Under the pieces are notes generated by a model. It worked only from the letters and a program-made list of their open reading frames with translations. It did no database searches and was not told the origin of the DNA. Below, piece after piece: positions 48,481 to 57,251 of a DNA stretch of 57,251 bases. The stretch comes from Chlorokybus atmophyticus (lineage: Eukaryota; Plantae; Mesostigma and Chlorokybus algae), in the NCBI GenBank assembly GCA_009103225.1, contig RHPI01001719.1:30633-87883 (forward strand). The letters are read 5' to 3'. The number at the start of each line of letters is the position of its first letter. The first letter of the stretch is position 1. A program made the position numbers and the translations under genes.

Positions 48481-50633
48481 CGTCACGGACCAGTAGCTAG
48501 GCCATGACTTCAGAGTACCTCACGACCATAGCCTACATAGGCACCGCGCGTAGCTGTTCAGTTGTGAGTTCAGTTATAAGTTGTGTTCCATATCAGTGAC
48601 AATCGCTGTGGAAATAGCCTCAATATGACCGTTAGCTTATGTCCTGAACAGTCGTGATTTGACTATAAGTATAAGTAGTCACAGTGTTCACCGGATCAGC
48701 TAGTGACACTGTGAGTAAGAAAGCTAAGAGCTTGTGAAACGACTTGCACTGCGACCATCTCGGTTACTAAGAATCCCCGCACTGTGTGAGAGCTTGTGCA
48801 TGCTCGTGTGTGCATCGTGCTTGTCATTGCTGTGAGCTTGGTGTGCCTGGTTGCAGTGTGTTTGTTGGCATCAGTTAGGGCATAGTATCCACATGTTGCT
48901 TGCTCGTTCACCTCACTTATCAGTGTAACACATTTTTCGCTCATGCAAAGAACTGTGTAAACAGCACTACCTATAGTAGTGGCTTGTTGACTCACAGTGT
49001 CACCCTCTTTGCTCGAGTGAGTGCACTGCATCCTGCATCCGATAGTGCAGTCTGTATCTGGGGACACACCCTTGTGCATTCGTTATCATCACTGTCATTA
49101 CATAGTGCACACACAAGCACTAGTGTGGTGAGTGGTAGCGGCATCGAGCCAGGCAGTAGAGCACAAACACTCTACCTTGCATACACTTTCACCTGTGGAC
49201 TAGCTGTATGAGCAAGCCCACCCCGTTCTCTCCAATAGACGAGGGTGACCTCAGCAGCTGGAGCCCAACCTCCAACCTCACCTACGAGCGGACCAGCGAC
49301 GGGAGCAACAATTGTAGCAGCAAAGGCTCGCGTTCTGTTCTCTCCGACTTCACTCCGTTCCTGTCCACTCCTCGGCATCGAGCTTCCCCACACTCGTCCG
49401 ATAGTGACGACTACGAGATGGAGTCTTCCAGCTCAACCACGTTTTTGCGCTTCTCCGGACTTGCTGGCACTACCTCGCTGGACGAATTCATCATCAAGTT
49501 CCACTCCAACATGCGACAGCAGGCTCTGAGGAACAAAGACTGGTCAGATGAAATCTCTTTTCACATTGCCGCTCAGTATCTGGATCATGAAGCACATGGT
49601 GTCTGGAAGTCTGTTGCTAAACTGCATCGAATTGATGGCTATGGCGAGCTCGTCAGTACCATAGCATCTGCGTCACTGCACAGTCCAGCAGTCGTCTTTC
49701 CACCTGCCACTCCCGCTGCAGTCACCGGGTTGTCCATAGCGGCAGCCATTGACAAAGCCGAGGAGGAGGAACCTGTGTTGGTGATCGTCAACCTCACCCC
49801 TGCAGAGATTGAGATCAAGACGGCTGCACGACGGGCTTGAATCCTTGACCGTTCGCTGCCATCCTTGAAGAACAACGAACTGCAGCAGTTGAGGTGGGCA
49901 CACCCCTACCTTTGGCAACACCTGGCTCTCGTGCGGGAGGCAATGTTTTCACCCTCGGGTCAGTCGCACTGCGCGCACCAGCCATTACTGTCGGTGCTGC
50001 CATCTCTGACTCTCCACTCAAGGATCTATACGCTGCACTTCGTCACACCTTCCCAACGCAGACCACTAGCAAAGTGGAGGAGTTGAGGCGGTTTTTACGC
50101 AAGCCCAATGAGGACCCTCTACGCTTGTACTCCAGACTGGAAGGTCTGTTGAAGGACATTGACTACAAGATCGTCAGTGACGAGGCGGCTGCAGTGGTAT
50201 ATGTCAATGAGTTGGATGCCACCCTGAGCGTGTCGACGCGCCTGACCCTGAACTACAGCAGGCCCCTTGGCTACACGCTCAAGAAAGCTTTCGAGACTGC
50301 ACAAGCCATCCATAAGCGCTTGGTGTATGAGAAGGAGGTGCTGGACACCAACCGCAGCGCCTCACGGCCTGTAGCCAGCATGACCGTCGAGCCTCCTCGC
50401 CGCGAACGTGGCCGGGACGCTCCACCAGCACGCGACAAAGGGAAACGGTCAGCGCATACTGCTTTGCCTGCCCCTGTGCTGTGTCATCGCTGTGGACGGC
50501 ATGGGCACTACAAAAAGGAGCGCACTGAAGAGTACTTAACTCTGATCCGCGACTACTGTTACAAGACATTCCACTTGGTCAGTCAGTCTGCTGGCTCAAG
50601 TTCCCTGAGTTGAGACCCGTTAACGGCTACAAC

Positions 50634-50777
50634 GGCAACAACTCTGGTGGCTACAACAGCAACAGCACTGGAGGCCACAATGGCAACAACTCTGGTGGCT
50701 ACAACAGCAACAACACTGGAGGCCACAGCGGCAACAACTTTGATGGCTACAACAGCAATCACACCGGAGGCCGTAAC
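50634..50777 (+). repeat. 48-bp coding tandem repeat x3 (GNNSGGYNSNxTGGHx)
   Basis: Unit ggcaacaactctggtggctacaacagcaacagcactggaggccacaat. Confidence 0.85.
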
Positions 50778-53639
50778 AACACCAACAACTACGCCAACGC
50801 TCGCGCGGAAAAGCAAGGCTACACGGGGAAGAACCGCCCTCCTCAGCATGAGGGACTGGAAGAACGTCCGCGCGCTGCTGCTGTTGCCACCAAGGCTCTA
50901 GCCAACCCGCCAGCTGATGACCATATGGCTGCTCTCATAGCGCGTATGGCACGCTTGGAGGAAAACAATGAGCAGGACTACCCCGCCTGTTACTCTGCCC
51001 AGTGGGCACTTATGGCTCTAAAGCGCACGAGAGACACCAGCACTCGGTCGCGTATTCAACCATCCCAACGAGTTCGAGGGGAAGCCGCAACATCGTCAGC
51101 AGGCACCTCCTCTGAAGCCACCAATGGTACTGCACCAGCAGCAACAGTTACACCGGCTACGACGTCCACACCCGTCAACGTCAGCAGCACCTGCTCCTTT
51201 TGCATCAGAACTTGGTATACCAATGCGCACCGTAACGCCCCAACCGGGGAACACGCTGGCAACAGCCACTACTGTCACCGACCCTGCAGCAGTAGGTCGC
51301 GCCGATCCCGCTCCAACTGCAGAGCCACCTGTGTCAGCAAGCATTGAGACCACCCTCGCGCCATTGAGCGGCAATCTCGCCACCACCGGCAGTGCCATCG
51401 TCGCGCCTGCTGCCACTGCAGTGACACGCGCAGCTACATTGCCCGCCCTCGACGTCACACAAGCTGTCCCGCGAGGTCAGCAAGCTGAGCGTGCTTGGGA
51501 GACCATCATGCGTGGAGCAGATACCACTACCAGGCGCGGAGGGCACGGAGGGGAGCGCACAACACGCGTTGAACGCAGTGACCAAGTCTTCCCACTGCCT
51601 GAATATCACACGCTGCTAGAACAAACTCAGCGGCAACTGAAGGATGAAATCCTCACTGGCACAGTGCTCCCATGCAAGATCGTGTCTTCGTAGTCAGAAC
51701 ACCTGTTGTACTGAAGTTGGCACTGCAATTGTTCTGGACTCTGCATAACGACATGCAGACGGCGCCACGCCAACCCGCACCAGTCCGTCATGAACCCTTT
51801 GAACCCAGCCCACTGGACACGTATTGCGACTGGCAACCCAACGTACAGTAGCACATCGCTGATACATCCGACATGCCTCTGGGTGACAACGAAACACTGA
51901 GGCCCCTCAATACCGTTCGACTTCATGAGTGCTACACCACGCTGAAACAGGCGTTCACCTGGCGACAGGACCAAGCAGCAATTAATGCAAGAGCACACGC
52001 CCTTGCCAAGCTCGCGCTGGCGGTTTTCAACCCACAATTGCTGGCCCATCATCCAGTACGGCACCTCTCGTCGGTGGGCCCGACAGTGATCAGATGAGGG
52101 CGCTGGCCCAACAAAGCGGGGGGGTGATCGCCCCTCTGCTACCTGTCTTGTTAAAAGACTTGCCTGAAGATCAACGGGATCCAGGGAGAGGCTACCTCAC
52201 ACCGCAAGGGTGGACACAACGAGATGGAGCAGGTTCAATCGGAGAACAGCAACTTCGCATTGCCTTGTTGCGACAAGCAACCATGCTGCACCGACAAGAA
52301 GGCATCGGCCTGAGACGGATGTTGGGGATGCGGGAAGGTGGTAATGCAGCTGGAGCAAGACTGGTAACTTGGCTAGTCACCAATCACCCCGCGGTCCCCC
52401 TGTTCGCATTTGGCATCTAATTGTTTTGGTTGGACGCCTTGCTGCGCTCGCTACGGCAAGCCTATGACGAGGTTGCATCGGCAGCCATTGACACCTTAAA
52501 AGGAGCTCAGGAGGCCATACTGAGGTTGGCAGGGGTGGAAGCAGCGCGGCAACGCAGACGCATCGCAGCTGCTTATAAGCAGCATGTCCAACAGCCGGAG
52601 ATTTACCTCACTGTGCGGGCACGAGCAACAACGGTGCTGGAAGTGGGGGTGGTCAATGGCAGATGGGATGCCTACATGGCAGGGATCCCAAGGGTTCCCA
52701 CCATCACCCACGACATAAGAGCGCGGCTCATGTGTGCAATGTATCTCCGGCCCATGCCTCAGAATCACCGCTGCAGTGACGTGGTCAACAACCCAACATC
52801 CACATAAGAAGGTACACTGGTCAAGGAGGCAGCTCATGCAGTATGCTGGACTTATGTGGAAGAACAGGCTGCACGGGAGGCGGGCCCACAAACAACCGAT
52901 CCTCCAGGGTTTCCCCAACAGCCAATGGCTACGCCGCCAGGAATGACCCCGGCCACACAGAGGCGCAATCCCCCTGCGCCGCAACCAGGGCAACCACAGG
53001 CAGCACCGCCAGCACCCAGGCCGCAGTGCGTATACCAACAGCCAAGACAAGAACGATTCGGGCCAGGCCGCGGACAAGGAGGTTGTAAAGATCCAGCTGG
53101 TCGAGGGGCGCTTGCCGCACTATGCTCGACACCACCGGAGGAGATTGCAGCAGCAGTCACCCCACGCATACGCTACCGACGATTTTACCGACGAAGCGGC
53201 TGCGCATCCACGCCAAGGCAAGCATGTCACTATCAAGGGACGAACACCCAAGCGTGTGATGCTGGACTCTGGTGCCCAGCCTACCATCATCGGACGTTAC
53301 CTTGTACGCGACCTTGGCATCACCAGCGCTGAGCTGATGCCGTGCCCATACGTTCTCGACACCGCAACCGGCAGCCGTGACAAGGTGATTGGCATCACCA
53401 AGCAAGCCCTCTGCATTCGCTTGACAGGAGTGGACCCGTCCCACAGCACCGAGGTCATACAGAAGTGTGTGGTCACCGACGCAGAATTCTTCCTATTGGG
53501 ACAGGACTTCAATTTCCCTGTTGGCATGGGGCTGGACTGCTGGACAGAGAAGGCATGGTTTCGTCCTCATTGGGATGAGGAGGACGGAGAGGTTCAAGAA
53601 TATCTACCTCTCGAGCTGGTGGCTTGCACTCGTTCCCAC

Positions 53640-53759
53640 CGCAGGTCAGCTGCAACAGCCACCTACAGGTCGTCGTTGGCAACCACTAACAGGTCAGATG
53701 CGACAGCCACCCACAGGTCGGGTTCGACAACCACTGACAGATCATCTGCGGTGCTCACC
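53640..53759 (+). repeat. 24-bp degenerate coding repeat x5 after the protease
   Basis: Units of the form xACAGGTCxxxTxCxACAxCCACx, encoding xRSxxTxT. Confidence 0.7.
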
Positions 53760-53833
53760 CACAACTCGGACCAAAACTCTCCTATCCCATACGACGAGTC
53801 TCATGAAGATGCCACACACGGATTGACGTTCAA

Positions 53834-54470
53834 GGACCAGGTATGGTCCTTTCACGGACCCCCAGGACCATGCATGGTCCGTATCCCGCGGGCCAGGACT
53901 GCCTGGTCCACGAGTGACGGACCGTTCCTGGTCCGTTCGGGGTCCCGAATCCTGGTGCGCAGTCACGCACCAGATGTGGTGCGTGGCTGGACCAGACATA
54001 TTACCGGTCCTACTGGCCGCGAAAGACTGGACCATACACGGTCTGCAGCCGGACCAGGCATATTGCCGGTGCGACTGTCAATGGGTGTACGGACCATGCG
54101 TGGTCTGGACCACAACAATGCCGGTCCATATATGTTGCGGTGAATGAATTCGATGGGACTGGTCCGAACCACACTGATTGGGCGGACCGTTGCTGGTGCA
54201 CGCTCAGCTTATCGGTCATTTTGGACAAGCAGCACGCACCATACATGGTCTGCCGCCTTAACAAGCTCTTACTGGTTCAAAATCTAGTAAGTTGTGGACC
54301 ATTCATGGTCCTTAAGCTAACCAGGCAGCTATTGGTCCAAACTGTCGTATACTTGCGGACTGTATATGGTCCTTGACTTAACCAAGCTCTTCCTGGTCCG
54401 AAGGTCTGGGAGAGTACGGACCATGCGTGGTTCTAGGTTGGTCCGCAGAACAGTGATTGGGACCATCGCT
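53834..54470. repeat. Subterminal array of GGACCA-N4/N10-TGGTCC palindromes, ~61-62 bp period
   Basis: Short-spacer sites at 53967, 54029, 54091 and at 54236, 54296, 54357, 54418, interleaved with long-spacer sites (53989, 54051, 54107 and later). Confidence 0.85.
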
Positions 54471-54784
54471 GATGCACGCTCAGCTCCTTGACAGTCGCAC
54501 CATGTATGATGCGACTGTCAAGGGTAAGTCTTCATGGCAGCCTCTAGTAACCGTCGATCCAAGCTTATCGAACGGTGTGCAGTTACTCCATAGAGTCAAG
54601 CACCTTGCATGGTTCGACTGTCAACTCACGTGCATGGGCTCAGAGTACCGTGGTCTGTGCAGTAGGGTTTTACCGCTCAGTGAGGTGGCGCCGACGGAGG
54701 GAGCAGGCGGCGGCGCTCTTGTTGGTGGCGGCGGCGGCGGCCTCTTGGCGGTGTACTTGGTGGACGAATGCTGGCGCAATATCA

Positions 54785-57058
54785 ATGGCAAGCAAAAAAG
54801 CTGTCAAGTTTGCCAGGGACATGAGTACCAAGTTGGGAATCAACTTGCAACCAGCCGATAAGAGGAACACCAGTCGTAGGCACCGCCGTCGCAGCCAACA
54901 GAGTTCCCTACCCATGCCGGAGCAGGCGGCTGATGTGCAGCACGATGTTGACAACCCACAGCCTGCCCATGAAGTTGAGGCCACGCACGACCAGCTGGAT
55001 GGTGAGATCAGCCAGCAGCATGAGCGGTAAGTTAACTTGCTGACCTTACTTGCTTCTCTGCAATGGTCACGCGGTCTTCTGTGCATGCCACCAGCTATCG
55101 TTGCTGTGACAGCCTTCACCAGTAATATGTCCTTCACATGCTAGGAGACTGTCAACGAACTGCACGTGCACTAGCTGCCTTGCTGTGTATTGCTGTCAGT
55201 TGATGGTGCCAGCGCATATGGTCTAACTGCTGGATTTCTGTAGGCCTCCCGCAAATCAACAGCGGACTGTCCATGTGGCCGGCATCACTACCAGTGGAGT
55301 GGCAGCCACACTTCACCCAAGGCAACAGCCGACTGTCAATGTTGCCAGCACCAGCAGTGCCGCAACAGCTCCACTGCAATTCAATCAGTCTGATCAACAG
55401 CCGACTGTCAACATGGCTGGCACCAGCAGTGCTGCCCCCTCTCAGCAACCATGGCAACAATCAGACCTGCAAGAGACTGTTGACATGCCAACTGACAACT
55501 TGCATGCGCTGACTAGTGACGAAGAGGCTGTTGAAGAACCCGAGCAGCAAGAAGTCTCCCAGAGGATTTGCTCTTGCCTGAGGTGCCATGGCAAGGTGAG
55601 CACTAATCATGTTGCTCATGCTCACTCATAGCGCGCACGGTTGTTGGACATGCACTGAGGCTGTCCATGCGACTGTCATGTTCGCCCACTGCTATGCGCA
55701 CAACGTTGTGAACCATACTTCAGTTGTTGACTGCCCGTTTCTTTTGGCAGTTGATTGACTTGGAGACTGCCATGGCCCACATGCGACTGGACACGGCGGC
55801 GCAAGAAAGTATGCACCCACCGCCAATGCCTTCAGCACAATGCGATACCCCTCAACCAGGCATTTCTTGCCAACAACAAACCTCAGAGACACCTACGCAA
55901 AAGATGCTGGATAAGTTCATGTCACTGCTGACAGACTTGGAGGACTCTCATGCCCAGCAATCACTGATCAATAAGGTGCTGAAGATTGTTTTCGGCGCTG
56001 AGGATTCAATCGTTCAGCTTGCCAAGGATCCTACTTATGACCACAGTCAGCTGCGAAATGACCTCCACGCCTTGCTCGGCCAGCGCAACCCCTCCCAGCC
56101 GGCTGACATCACGGCTGTCGATGCATTGCTGACTTCCATCGGAATGCCAGAGTCGCAGAGATATACAGCATGCACGAGATGCAGTTATCTCTTTCCAGAT
56201 GCTTACCCATCCGGGTTCGATGACAGCGAGGACAGCTACGAGGCAGATGACAGTCGCCACAAGCTTGTGAAGCGCTTGTGGAAACAGCCGTGCGGAGGCC
56301 AATGCGGGCGCACGCGCAAGGAGTGCATTGACTTTCTGTACACACCCATTGGTCCAAGGCTCGGTCCGTGGCTGCAAGTACCTTCTATTGCATATGACAA
56401 CCTTGCTGCTTGGCGAGACAAAGACACCTGGCTCGACGTGCCAGTCAACCAGCCCCCAGTGCCTCAATGGGAAGATTGGCATGGCAGCAAGTGGAGAGAG
56501 CTGTCTTTTTTTTGGGACTGCACGAAGACCATTCCTCTGCCAAACAAATGCGATTGTGGACGCTACAATGATGACATTGACATGTCCCAGCACAGGGATG
56601 GATATCAGAAATGGCATTGCGAATGCTCCTATGACAATGAAGAGGCTGCGCAGCAGTGTACTGGAGACCCGCGCAACATTGCGCTCATGCTGCACAGTGA
56701 TGGTTTCAGCTGCGCATCAACTACAAAGCGGAGCAGCCTTGTCATCAACGTTGTTGTACTCAACGGAGGCAAGCGCGTCAGCTCACAGGCTTCTTCCATC
56801 ATGCCCGTGGTGTTTGTCCCAGTTGACGAGCTACTCGACGCTGACAAGGACTGTCTAAACCCGTTTATGAAGCCCATGCTGGATGAGTTGGAGGATTTGT
56901 ACGCCATGGGCTTCCCTACGCACTACGGTTTGGACTCCAGCCAGGTGGACATCAAGCTCCCTCATCGATCGGCCGGTACGCTTGATACATCTGTTCACAA
57001 GACCTCGTGCGCAATGCTGTGTCATGAATGTGACTGTCGACATCGCCTGTCAACTTAA
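54785..57058 (+). CDS. CACTA-type (Transposase_21-like) transposase, spliced, C-terminally truncated
   Basis: Exons 54785-55026, 55244-55595 and 55751-57058 join in phase. CSCLRC (CxCxxC), CTRC, WEDWHGSKW, DPRNIALMLHSDGF (first catalytic D) and LNPFMKPMLDELEDLYAMG; similarity is lost after ~56995. Confidence 0.8.
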
Positions 57059-57251
57059 TACCCATTGCTATGAATCGAGCAGAGTAAGCACAGTCCATTG
57101 AGGCTGTGCAAAAACGACTGTCACAATTATGCAATTCATTGGTTGCCACCTTTTATGAGTCCATCACGCGTTGAGAAGACTGTCATCAGCGACTGTCACC
57201 AGCGACTGTGTTTGCAGTGCAGCTGTCTAATGTACGGGACAGTCCATGTTG

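Larger units (their letters stand above)
48481..53814 (+). mobile_element. Second LTR retrotransposon (Ty3/Gypsy-like) 5' half: putative LTR, degenerate gag and aspartic protease
   Basis: Starts CGTCACGG (TGTCACGG-like). iMet-PBS-like TGGTAGC..GAGCCAGG at 49133-49153. Broken ORFs from 49208 carry a Retrotrans_gag-like segment, two damaged CCHC knuckles (50481-50600) and RVMLDSGAQ (~53250). Cut at 53815 by a CACTA terminus. Confidence 0.75.
53815..57251 (+). mobile_element. CACTA/EnSpm (CMC superfamily) DNA transposon, running off the window
   Basis: TIR CACACGGATTGACGTTCAAGGACCA, subterminal palindrome array at 53834-54470 and a Transposase_21-like ORF. Confidence 0.85.

Noticed and set aside
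45467-49130. The two LTR-like segments as the paired LTRs of one element
   Set aside because: No sequence similarity is visible between 45467-46120 and 48481-49130; they are in opposite orientation and no shared TSD is seen.
53834-54470. CRISPR array
   Set aside because: Repeats are short and degenerate with variable inner spacers, directly follow a transposon TIR, recur at other copies, lie in a eukaryotic context and have no cas genes.

Overview
Intron-rich eukaryotic nuclear DNA. A streptophyte-type green alga is inferred from plant-type SAHH, DTW and ABHD proteins, telo-boxes and (CA/TG)n-filled introns. There is one 10-N gap at 12007-12016. Ten spliced host genes are present: LPAT4/5-type acyltransferase (-), ZIP-like membrane protein (+), DTW-domain tRNA acp3U transferase (-), acylphosphatase (+), ABHD11-like hydrolase (-), ABC1/ADCK kinase (+), RPAC2 (-), DCAF13/SOF1 (+), an undivided MadBub/BUB1 kinase (-) and SAHH (-). 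They lie between two transposon clusters. The left cluster (3.5-12 kb) holds a near-intact tyrosine-recombinase retrotransposon of PAT/TOC type with split direct repeats, Gag, RT-RNaseH-methyltransferase and an antisense recombinase, plus a non-autonomous CACTA-type element and a pogo/DDE_1 remnant. The right cluster (45.5-57 kb) is apparently a triple nest: a chromovirus Ty3/Gypsy, a second Gag-protease LTR element, and a CACTA/EnSpm-type element with CACAC termini, a ~61-bp periodic array of GGACCA-N-TGGTCC palindromes and a spliced, truncated transposase. All family assignments come from motif recognition by eye; no database searches were run.
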